The position numbers and the translations under genes are program-made. From Nitrospirota bacterium (GTDB lineage Bacteria > Nitrospirota > UBA9217): 64,000 nucleotides of DNA. Below, one piece after another: positions 21,144 to 30,233 of the stretch; the first letter of the stretch is position 1, and each line of letters starts with the position of its first letter. The stretch spans positions 64,001 through 128,000 of the forward strand of contig CAVUHW010000026.1 of NCBI GenBank assembly GCA_963741205.1, written 5' to 3'. The notes beneath the pieces are model-generated. The model saw nothing but the letters and a program-made list of their open reading frames with translations. It made no database searches and was not told where the DNA came from.

Positions 21144-22560
21144 ATGAAGGAACTCTTAAGACAACTCCCGGCCGTGGACGAAATTCTGAAGGAAGACCGC
21201 GCGAAGGCCTGGATCGAGACGCATCCCCGCGTCCTGGTGCTTGAGGCGATTCGGACGGCGATCGACAGGCAGCGAAAGGCGATCCTTCGGTCATCGGAGC
21301 AAGGCAACAGAGAACAGGTGGTTGCGATCTCCGGGATACTCGACCAGGCCGCGGAAATCCTCCGGGAGCTGTCGGAACCCAGCCTCAAGCCACTCATCAA
21401 CGCCACCGGCGTTGTCGTCCACACCAACCTCGGCCGATCCATCCTTTCGGAAACTGCCATCCGGCGGGTCGTGGATGTGAGCCGAAGCTATTCCAACCTT
21501 GAATACGACATCGCGGCGGGCGAGCGCGGCAAACGCCACGTCCATGTTGAGAACATGCTCAAAAGGCTCACCGGCGTGGAGGCGGCCACTGCCGTCAACA
21601 ACAACGCGGCGGCGGTGCTCCTCTGCCTCAACACCCTTGCCCGGGGCAAGGAGGTGATCGTTTCGCGGGGTGAACTCGTCGAGATCGGCGGCTCCTTCCG
21701 TGTGCCCGAGGTCATGGAGCGGAGCGGCGCAATCCTGCGCGAGGTAGGCGCCACGAACAAGACCCACCTCAAGGACTACGAAAAGGCGATCAACGAGAAC
21801 ACGGGCCTGCTCCTCAAGGTCCACACGAGCAACTACAAGATCGTCGGATTCACCAAAGAGGTCCAGGCCGAAGAGCTCGTGAAACTCGGCAGGAAGCATG
21901 GCCTTCCCGTGATGTGGGACCTGGGCAGCGGCAGCTTCCTCGATCTCGCTGCTTACGGCGCGGGCGATGAAACGACCGTCCAGCAGGCCGTTGATGCGGG
22001 CGTCGATGTGCTTACCTTCAGCGGGGACAAACTGCTGGGAGGTCCGCAGGCGGGCATGATCCTCGGCGGGAAAAAATATCTCGACCCCATCCGGTCCAAC
22101 CCCCTCACCCGCGCGCTTCGTCTGGACAAGATGACCCTGGCGGCGCTCGACGCGACGCTCGGCCAGTACCTCGACATGGACAAGGCGGTAAAGGAGATCC
22201 CCACGCTCTGGATGCTGACCCAACCTCTTGCCGAGATAGAGCGGAAAGCGGTACTCCTCTCATCCGGGATCAGGGACGGTCGCGCGTGTCACCGTGACGG
22301 TCCAGGACGACCAGTCCCAAAGCGGCGGAGGAGCGCTGCCGACCGGGAATTTCCCGACAAAGACCGTCTGCATCCGCCACGACAAATTTTCCGCGAACCA
22401 GATCGAGTCGCGCCTGCGCACCGGCGCGCCGCACATCATCGCGCGCATCAAGGAAGGCATGGTCGTCTTCGACCCGCGGACCCTGAACGACGAAGAGATC
22501 GCGAAGATCGTGGAAGCGGTGAAGCGGATACTGCAGGAGTCAGTAGCCAGTGGACAATAG
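21144..22560 (+). CDS. selA: L-seryl-tRNA(Sec) selenium transferase; frameshift near 22280
   Basis: INATGVVVHTNLGR, VNNNAAA, SRGELVEIGGSFR and FSGDKLLGGPQAG; C-terminus (GGGALP...FDPRTL) in ORF 22294..22560. Confidence 0.93.
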
Positions 22561-22614
22561 CCGGGAGAAATGCGAGCCCTCGTCTTTATGTAAGCTTTTT
22601 TCCCAGGTCTGTTC

Positions 22615-22662
22615 CTGACTTCTTACTTCTTACTTCTTACTTTTTACTTCTGACTTCTGACC
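22615..22662. repeat. Heptamer tandem array (ACTTCTT/ACTTCTG) between selA and selB
   Basis: ctgacttcttacttcttacttcttactttttacttctgacttctgacc; same unit as 1531-1560. Confidence 0.85.
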
Positions 22663-22664
22663 CT

Positions 22665-24566
22665 ATGAAATACATCATCCTCGGCACAGCCGGACATATC
22701 GACCACGGCAAATCCAGCCTCGTCAAGGCCTTGACCGGCACTGACCCTGACCGCCTGAAGGAGGAAAAAGAGCGCGGCATCACCCTCGATCTGGGCTTCG
22801 CGTCCCTTGACCTTCCCGGGGGCAACCGTCTCGGCATCGTCGATGTCCCCGGGCATGAAGGGCTGATCAAAAACATGCTTGCCGGCGTCGGCGGCACCGA
22901 CATCGTCATGCTCGTGGTAGCCGCTGACGAGGGCATCATGCCCCAGACCCGGGAGCACCTCGCCATCTGCGACCTCCTGCACGTAAAGAAGGGCATTATC
23001 GCCCTGACCAAGATGGACATGGTCGAAAAGGAATGGCTCTCGCTCGTTACCGACGAGGTCCGCGATTTCGTCAAGGGCACCTTCCTCGAAAAAGCTCCGA
23101 TTGTCCCCGTCTCTTCCAAAACGGGAGAGAACCTCCCCGTCCTGGTGCAGGAACTGGCCGGGATCGCGGCGGACGTCTCGCCCAAATCTTCAAACGGCAT
23201 CCTGCGCCTTCCCATCGACCGCGTCTTCACCATGAAAGGTTTCGGCACGGTCATCACCGGCACCCTGCTTTCCGGCACGGTCAGCATCGAGCAGGAGATC
23301 GATATCCTGCCGAAGGGAATCAAGACAAAAGTCCGGGGACTCCAGTCGCACAACCAGGCTGTTCAGCGTTCCGTGGCGGGACAGCGCACGGCCGTAAACC
23401 TCCAGGGGGTCGAGAAGGACCAGCTTTCGAGGGGCGACACGATCGTGAGCGCCGGTTTTTTTACCTCGACGAAAACGCTCGACGCGAAGCTCGACCTCTT
23501 GAAGCAGGCCCCGCGGGGGCTTAAAACCGGTTCACGCATTCGCTTTTATAACACGACGCAGGAGGCCATCGGTAGAATCACCATCCTGGGGCGGCACGAA
23601 CTCGCCCCGGGTGAAGAGGCCTTCGTCCAGATCAGGCTCGAACAGCCCGTGATCGTCCAGCACGGGGACCGGTACATCCTCCGGTTCTATTCGCCCATGG
23701 AAACCCTGGGCGGGGGGATGGTCCTGAACCCCCACACCAGGCGTCACAAGCAGATCACCATGCAGGAGTCGCTCAGGGACCTCGGGGTTCTCGCGAAAGG
23801 GCGGACCGAGGACAAGCTTGCGCTCTTCATTTCCGGGAAGGGCCTCGCCGGCATGGAGGAGGCCGGGATCATCGGCGACATTGCAGCCGACAAGCAGGAG
23901 ATATTGTCGGCCCTCGCCGCTCTCGCCCAGAAAAAGACCATCCTGCGCGTCGATAACCTGTACGTTCACGCGTCTCATCTCGCGGAACTCGAAAAGAAGG
24001 CGCTTGAACTCGTGAAGCAGTATCACAAGGACAATCCGCTCAAACCGGGCCTGGACAAGGAGGAGATCAAGGGCATGCTCAGGCTGCGCCTTTCTCCGAA
24101 GGTCCTGAACATGACCCTGGACGGCCTCGTCAAGAAGAAGCAGCTGGAGGCCGACGGTTCGAAACTGAGACTCCCGGGCTTCAAGGCGGCGGGAGGCAAG
24201 GTCCAGGACGAGGTAAAGAACAAGATCGTGGATGCCATCAAAAAAGGCGGCACCCAGCCACCGGTCAGGGAAGAGCTCCCCGCACTCTTCGGCATTTCGG
24301 AAAAGGACGCCAAGGACCTCCTGAAGCTCCTCGCCGATGAAGGCCGGACCGTGAGGATCAACGACTCTCTCCATCTGGACAGGGACGTCGTTGAAAAGAT
24401 CAGGGGTGATCTCATGAAACACCTCAAGGAAAAGAAGGAAATCACCATGGCCGAGTTCCGGGACCTCGCCAGGACCTCCCGCAAGTTCGCCGTACCGATC
24501 ATGGAATTTTTCGATTCGCAGAAGATGACGCAGCGGGTCGGAGACAAGAGAGTGCTGAGGGGCTAA
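22665..24566 (+). CDS. selB: Selenocysteine-specific translation elongation factor
   Basis: MKYIILGTAGHIDHGKS, ERGITLDLGF, DVPGHE; winged-helix C-terminus with SRKFAVP..E.FD...T.R.GD.R. Confidence 0.95.
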   Translation: MKYIILGTAGHIDHGKSSLVKALTGTDPDRLKEEKERGITLDLGFASLDLPGGNRLGIVDVPGHEGLIKNMLAGVGGTDIVMLVVAADEGIMPQTREHLAICDLLHVKKGIIALTKMDMVEKEWLSLVTDEVRDFVKGTFLEKAPIVPVSSKTGENLPVLVQELAGIAADVSPKSSNGILRLPIDRVFTMKGFGTVITGTLLSGTVSIEQEIDILPKGIKTKVRGLQSHNQAVQRSVAGQRTAVNLQGVEKDQLSRGDTIVSAGFFTSTKTLDAKLDLLKQAPRGLKTGSRIRFYNTTQEAIGRITILGRHELAPGEEAFVQIRLEQPVIVQHGDRYILRFYSPMETLGGGMVLNPHTRRHKQITMQESLRDLGVLAKGRTEDKLALFISGKGLAGMEEAGIIGDIAADKQEILSALAALAQKKTILRVDNLYVHASHLAELEKKALELVKQYHKDNPLKPGLDKEEIKGMLRLRLSPKVLNMTLDGLVKKKQLEADGSKLRLPGFKAAGGKVQDEVKNKIVDAIKKGGTQPPVREELPALFGISEKDAKDLLKLLADEGRTVRINDSLHLDRDVVEKIRGDLMKHLKEKKEITMAEFRDLARTSRKFAVPIMEFFDSQKMTQRVGDKRVLRG

Positions 24567-24602
24567 AAAGCATCATGCCCGGGATCAATTCCCGCACGAA
24601 AG

Positions 24603-24806
24603 GTGGACCAGATGGAAACCGATGACGAAAGGAGACAATCTATTTGCGGCGTCTGCGGCAAGCGATTAAGTTTTAAAACTGAGTCCGGGGATATTCAATG
24701 GCATCCCAGCCAGGTCACTGATAAAGGAATATACTGTGCCGCCTGTTATACGGCCACAGTGAAGGACAAGACAAAAAAGGGACTTCGTCCGAAGACTCAA
24801 GACTGA
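24603..24806 (+). CDS. Small CxxC...CxxC zinc-ribbon-like hypothetical protein
   Basis: 67 aa, CGVC...CAAC; SD-like AAAGGTGG before ATG 24612. Confidence 0.5.
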   Translation: MDQMETDDERRQSICGVCGKRLSFKTESGDIQWHPSQVTDKGIYCAACYTATVKDKTKKGLRPKTQD

Positions 24807-24874
24807 CGGCGCTGAAAAACAAACGGCTGTTCCCGCAGGACACTCAGAAGCTCTCTTCCCGGTGTTTACCCAAC

Positions 24875-24909
24875 TTGACAACCCCTTAATTCGTCTTATA
24901 CTCAGTATA
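24875..24909 (+). promoter_or_regulatory. Sigma70 promoter with palindrome over the -10
   Basis: TTGACA-16 nt-TATACT; TATACT-C-AGTATA palindrome at 24897-24909. Confidence 0.55.
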
Positions 24910-25013
24910 GAGACGTTCTTGCCTGAATAAATCTTTCAAAATCGAGCAGAGTAAACAGAAAAAAGCAGGCGGACGTTGCACGAGATCTGAACGAGCAGAA
25001 AAAGGAGAACGAT

Positions 25014-25392
25014 ATGGAGAGGAGAAAATTTATAATCGGTCTTGGTATAGCACTGATCGCCGGTCCTGCAGCCTTCAGCCTGAAAGGGTGCGGCGGCGGT
25101 GGTGGCGGCTATAATGCTGCGGCTCCAGCCCCGGCCGCCGATGGTTTCAGCGTTCAATCTTCGGTCACGAACAGGCCATACGCACAATGTCAAAGTTCTC
25201 TTTGCCGATCTCACGGCCCAGCCGTCCGTCGGCGTCACGTACACGAGCGACGAGCGCGGCGGCCATGTTCATCAAATTACGCTCACGCAACAGCAGCTTG
25301 CCACTATCAATAACGGAGGAACGGTGGGGCCTGTAACCTCGATTCCGGACGCCACCGGTCACAGCCACGACTGGACAATCAAGAAACCGTAA
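25014..25392 (+). CDS. Tat-type lipoprotein with three GHxH motifs; frameshift near 25172
   Basis: MERRKFI twin-Arg signal, LKGC lipobox, Gly linker, then GHTH, GHVH and GHSH in ORF 25099..25392; AAGGAG RBS. Confidence 0.7.
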
Positions 25393-25523
25393 GCGTAAGT
25401 TCTTTTTTTGAACAGATCGCAGGTTGGGCTCAGAATCGGCGCCCGGCCTGCGAACGTTATATGTCCGGTCAACAGCGCGACCTGATTCGGGTGGGTCCTT
25501 TCACCTGACCATCCCCGCGGATA

Positions 25524-26147
25524 TCAGCCCAGATACCTCACCTTCGACTCAAGCGGCTCTTTGCGCGGCCCGCTTCCGGTCCTGGAAGGCCGGCCAACGG
25601 CAACGACGGCCATGAACTCGCCTTCGGGCTCGCCCAGGAACCGGAGCACCTCGTCCTTCATGATATAGAGGATCCCGAGCCAGACCGTCCCGAGGCCCAG
25701 TGATGTTGCGGCAATGAGGATGTTCTCGACTGCCGCGGCAGAGCTCTGGATTTCCATGGTCCGGAAGAAGTCGTAGGCCATTTCCTTTTCAACCTTGAAG
25801 AGCTCCGTCCCGTGCCTGATGAGGTCTCCCGTGTTCGCCACAGCGATGACAACCGGCGCCGAGATGATGCTCTTCGCCCCCATCCGGAGGAGGGCCTGGG
25901 CCGGCCGGGGAAATGCCGCAGACCGCGTCGTCACCAGCTGCGCCAGTTCCTGCTTCTTGTCGCCCCGGAGGATGATGAACCGCCATGCCTGCTGGTTATG
26001 CGCGGAAGGAGCGGCATTGGCAGCATGCAGGAGAATCCGGATCTCCTCGTCGGTCACCTCGTCCCTGCTGAAGGTCCTGACGCTATGGCGCGCGTTGATC
26101 GTCCTCAGCGCATCATTGATCGTTAAAGCGGAATCATCAGGCGACAT
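25524..26147 (-). CDS. Nitroreductase family protein
   Basis: RHSVRTF, AAPSAHNQQAWRF and ATSLGLGTVW; GAGGAGG RBS before ATG 26147. Confidence 0.9.
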   Translation of the reverse strand: MSPDDSALTINDALRTINARHSVRTFSRDEVTDEEIRILLHAANAAPSAHNQQAWRFIILRGDKKQELAQLVTTRSAAFPRPAQALLRMGAKSIISAPVVIAVANTGDLIRHGTELFKVEKEMAYDFFRTMEIQSSAAAVENILIAATSLGLGTVWLGILYIMKDEVLRFLGEPEGEFMAVVAVGRPSRTGSGPRKEPLESKVRYLG

Positions 26148-26369
26148 GGGGGGCCTCCTCTCGCGGCGCAACGCAATTTTGTCCGTGCTTGACGAACATA
26201 GCAAAGCAGCCTCGTAAAGTCAAGCATCGCTGCCCTGGCAGTTATGGTCTTTGTTGCATACGGCCTTTATGTTATAATAGCTTATTGGTTTTTACGGTTT
26301 TGTCAACGTGCAGAGACTTGCCATCCTCGATGGCAACAAGAATCGGTTTTTTTACAGGAGACTACGGCA

Positions 26370-26732
26370 ATGGCTGAACGGCTGCTCATCATTGAAGATG
26401 AAGACACCCTCTGCCTGTCTCTCCAGAGGGTCCTCTCCCGCGAGGGCTATGAAGTGGACGTGGCCGACAGCGCCGAATCCGCCTTCAAGCTTCTTGAGAG
26501 CAAGTCCTACGACCTCATCATCACCGATATCATCCTTCCCGGCATCAGCGGCATCGAGCTTCTGACGAAGTACCGGAAGCAAAACCCCTCGCAGAAAGTC
26601 ATCGTCATTACGGCCTATGCTTCGCTTACGACCGCGGTGGAGGCCATAAAGGCCGGCGCTTGCGATTTCGTCATCAAACCCCTTATGCACGACGAGATGA
26701 AGAAGGTCGTCCGGAACTCCCTGGACAGGTGA
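26370..26732 (+). CDS. Single-domain response regulator (CheY-like receiver)
   Basis: LLIIEDE, DLIITDIILPGISG, ITAY and KP; CAGGAG RBS. Confidence 0.9.
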   Translation: MAERLLIIEDEDTLCLSLQRVLSREGYEVDVADSAESAFKLLESKSYDLIITDIILPGISGIELLTKYRKQNPSQKVIVITAYASLTTAVEAIKAGACDFVIKPLMHDEMKKVVRNSLDR

Positions 26733-26762
26733 CGGCCGTGCCATCGGCCGTCCTCGCATGAC

Positions 26763-28655
26763 ATGATCACGGAAGACGCATTCCTGCTCCTCAAGAAATC
26801 GCCTGCCTTCTCCCTCCTGGGAGACAAGATCCTCAAACAGCTCACCGGGGAGATGCTGATGGAGTACTATCCCGGGGGACAAACCATCCTCCATCAGAAC
26901 GGACCCGCTCCGGAGTACCTCAATATTGTGCGAAGCGGCGCGGTCAAGGCATTCGTCAGGACGAATGAAGGTGAAGAGATCCTCGTGGACTACCGGTCCA
27001 CCGGGGATTTCTTCGGACTGCTCTCGTTCGTCTGCGGCGATATCGCTCGGGACACGATCGTCGCCTCGGAAGACACAACCTGCTATCTCCTGAAAAAAGA
27101 GACCGTGCTCGGACTGCTGCGGACGAACGCCGAATTCTGCGAGTTCTGCCTCAGATCGCTCGTCACGAGGCTCGTCACGATGACGTATCGGGAGATCCAC
27201 GACAGGACACTCCTGTACGGCGGCGGGGACAAGCTTCTCTTTACGAACATCCTGGACGACCTTGCCACCAAGAAGGTGATCACGGCGTCCGAGGACATCT
27301 CCATCAAAGAGGCCGCGGAAATCATGGAGGACCATAAGATCAGCTCTCTCGTCCTTTTGGACCCCGACGGCCTGCCCGCCGGGATGATCACGGACAAGGA
27401 CTTCAGGAACAAGGTGGTCTCGAAGGGGAGGGACATTGCCGGCAGAGTGGGCGACATCATGAGCGTCGCTCTCATAAAGTCCGAGGCCCGTGACTACTGC
27501 TTCGAGGCGCTCCTCAAAATGATCCGCTACAACATTCACCATCTGCTTGTCGTCGGAAAGGGTGAACTGAAGGGCATCTTGACCAGCCACGACCTCATGA
27601 TGTTTCAGGGGACGTCTCCCCTTTCCGTGGCCCGGGAGATCGAGAACCAGACCACGATAGACGGCCTGGTACCGGTGTCGAGGAAGATAGACAGGATCAT
27701 CACCATCCTCGTCAAGGAGGAGGCGAAGGCGAGCAACATCACAAGGATCATCACCGAGATCAACGACCGGCTGTTGAAAAAGATCCTGGCGATCACGGAG
27801 TCCAAGCTCGGTCCCCCTCCCCGGAGCTACTGCTGGATCATCTACGGCAGCGAAGGGAGAAAAGAGCAGACCTTCAGAACGGACCAGGACAACGCCCTCA
27901 TCTACGAGGACCCGGCGGGCGACGACGCCGCGGAGTATTTCACCCGGTTTGCCGATCACATGAAAGATGCCCTCGCGCGATGCGGCTTCCCCCCCTGCCG
28001 CGCGGACTACATGGCGAGCAATCCCAAATGGCGGAAGCCCCTTAGCGTCTGGAAGGACTATTTCTCACAGTGGATAAACAACCCGACGCCCGAGTCAATC
28101 CTACTGTCCCTCATTTTCTTCGATTTCAGGCCGGTGCACGGCAATGTCCTTCTTGCTGAAAAGCTCAGGGCGTTCCTTGGCCACGAGATCAAGGACAAGG
28201 ACCTCTTCCTCGCGCACATGGCAGGCAATGTAATAAAAAACAGGCCTCCCCTTGGATTATTCGGAACTTTTACCTGCGACCGGAAGGGAGATCACCGGGG
28301 AAAATTCGACATCAAGATCAACGCGCTCTCCCCCATTATCGACGCCGCAAGACTTTCTGCGCTGGAAATGAAGGTGTACCACACCTCCACGCTTGAGAGG
28401 CTCGCGGAGGTGAAACATCGCAATAGTACGGTCAGCGGATATTGCAGCGATTTGGAGCGGGCGTTCGAATTTCTCATGTCGGTGCGGCTCAGGCACCAGT
28501 ATCATTTGATGCAGGAGGGAATGGAACCGGATAATTTCATAGACCCCGACGGCCTCGGGACACTGGACAAGACGATGCTCAGGGCTGCTTTCAAACTGAT
28601 CCTCTCTGTTCAGGAGGCGACCATTAAAAAGTATGGCGCGTTGATGGTTATGTAG
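26763..28655 (+). CDS. cNMP-binding + CBS + DUF294 putative nucleotidyltransferase
   Basis: N-terminal cNMP fold, two CBS repeats, GSEGRKEQTFRTDQDNAL, YMASNPKW and FFDFRPVHG. Confidence 0.88.
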   Translation: MITEDAFLLLKKSPAFSLLGDKILKQLTGEMLMEYYPGGQTILHQNGPAPEYLNIVRSGAVKAFVRTNEGEEILVDYRSTGDFFGLLSFVCGDIARDTIVASEDTTCYLLKKETVLGLLRTNAEFCEFCLRSLVTRLVTMTYREIHDRTLLYGGGDKLLFTNILDDLATKKVITASEDISIKEAAEIMEDHKISSLVLLDPDGLPAGMITDKDFRNKVVSKGRDIAGRVGDIMSVALIKSEARDYCFEALLKMIRYNIHHLLVVGKGELKGILTSHDLMMFQGTSPLSVAREIENQTTIDGLVPVSRKIDRIITILVKEEAKASNITRIITEINDRLLKKILAITESKLGPPPRSYCWIIYGSEGRKEQTFRTDQDNALIYEDPAGDDAAEYFTRFADHMKDALARCGFPPCRADYMASNPKWRKPLSVWKDYFSQWINNPTPESILLSLIFFDFRPVHGNVLLAEKLRAFLGHEIKDKDLFLAHMAGNVIKNRPPLGLFGTFTCDRKGDHRGKFDIKINALSPIIDAARLSALEMKVYHTSTLERLAEVKHRNSTVSGYCSDLERAFEFLMSVRLRHQYHLMQEGMEPDNFIDPDGLGTLDKTMLRAAFKLILSVQEATIKKYGALMVM

Positions 28656-28810
28656 AACGCTATCGAGACGCAAAAAAAAAGGGAAGGACTTCCGGAAGTA
28701 AGGCAGATGATGCCAGCCCTCTCTTCCCGTCACTTCCCGTTATGTGCATTTCCTACTATTTCTGTATCAGCGGTGCTTTCTGAAATCAGCATCTACCTCT
28801 GAACCAGAAA

Positions 28811-30170
28811 CTACCGATAAAACCCCTGACCACCTCTTACACCCTGGCCACTTCCGGAGAATGACCTCCAGACCCCTCCGCCTCCCCTGGTCATAGGCGC
28901 GTTAAATGTCCGGAAAGGCATGCTCTGCGGCGCAAACTGCCGTTCGCCCATCGGGAGGAAAGACCTTGAGGACCCACCGTCCTGCCGCAACACAGGGGGA
29001 GTGAAAGACCTCCCGGAATCCTGCGGGGCTATGAATCGTTCACCGCCGCCAGCCGCGGGGCTTCTGTATGTCCTTCCCGAAGTTGCGGGTGAATTAAACT
29101 GCATCCCTTCGCCCCGGGCCGCTCCGTTCCATGATCTCCCGGACGCGGCAGGCGCGACGAATCGCCGCCCCTCTCCGAGCGTCCTGATGCTTTCACGCGT
29201 CCTTCTCGTGTTGTCTACGCTCCGAGTAAAAATTCTTTCCGCACTCCTCCTGGCTTCAGGGGAACCGAACCCATTCCGCGTCCTGATCGTACTATTCGTG
29301 GAAGTCTCCGGGATCATCGTGCGGGGCGAGCTGACACCGGCCCCTCTCCTCAGGTCCGACAGGGTGTTGAACGTTCTGCCGTTCCCTGTTCGAAGAGTAG
29401 TCACTGGTCTTACGCGGCCCGCGCCTGTTCGCGTTACCGGGTCGACTACGGCAACCCTTCGGGTGACGGGATCAATAATCCGGTTGCTCACGATGGTTTG
29501 CCTCGGCACAACAACAACCGCGCCGTTCACGACAACCGCACCGCTCACAACCACCGTCGTGAAGTTGTGGCACATAAAGAAACCCGGGAACCAAAAGCCG
29601 AACCACCAGCTCGGGTAGGGCACCCAGTCGTACATATAAGCATAATCCGGGGGCGGAGGATAATAGCTCATTACCGGCGGCCCCTGATTGTAATAGTAGT
29701 TGTTGACCACTGAAGGGTTGGATGTTCCCTGCAGGAGCCTGCTGGCCTTCGGGAGGTCCGCTTCCGGGTTCAGCAGGTATCGGCAGGCTCATCTGGGCCG
29801 CGAGATAATTGAGCCCTTTTGTCGCTTCTTCAGAATTCATGGGCAGCTTGCCTTCGGCCGCTGCCTTGGTTATGGATTCCTGGAGCTGCCCCACGATCTC
29901 GGGCGTCACCGGATAATCCGATAACCACCCGTTTACGGGGATCACCCCTGCCTTGGCAAGAACGTCCTCGGCAGTCGCTTCATCGGTTGGATTTCCCAGA
30001 TTGAGTTGAGCCGCCAGCCTGATCGCGAAATCTCCTTCGCGTACCAGCGGTTGGGCTACAGGAGGGCCTTGTTGAGTTTGCGATGTTTGCGACCCGTAGT
30101 CTGCTGCAATGGCCGCGAAAGGATACAAGAGCAAGCCGGCTGCCGCAATTATGGACAGCCATCTCTTCAT
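28811..30170 (-). CDS. Secreted hypothetical protein with Tyr/Pro/Trp-rich middle and Arg/Gly/Ser-rich tail; frameshift near 29715
   Basis: Signal peptide in ORF 29472..30170 continues into ORF 28811..29710 (VVNNYYYNQGPPVMSYYPPP...). Confidence 0.65.
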
Positions 30171-30233
30171 ATCGTACTCCTTATCTACCTATATTTTACT
30201 ACCAAGGACAGCATTAAGCAAGGGTGACAAACT

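Noticed and set aside
21060-24566. 1168-aa SelA-SelB fusion ORF
   Set aside because: Artefact of a frameshift near 22280. The real SelA C-terminus and stop are in ORF 22294..22560, and the 'linker' is translated repeat DNA (LLTSYFLLLTS).
24567-25013. tRNA-Sec (selC) expected near selAB
   Set aside because: No cloverleaf, UCA anticodon arm or TTCGA T-loop found here or in the other intergenic regions.
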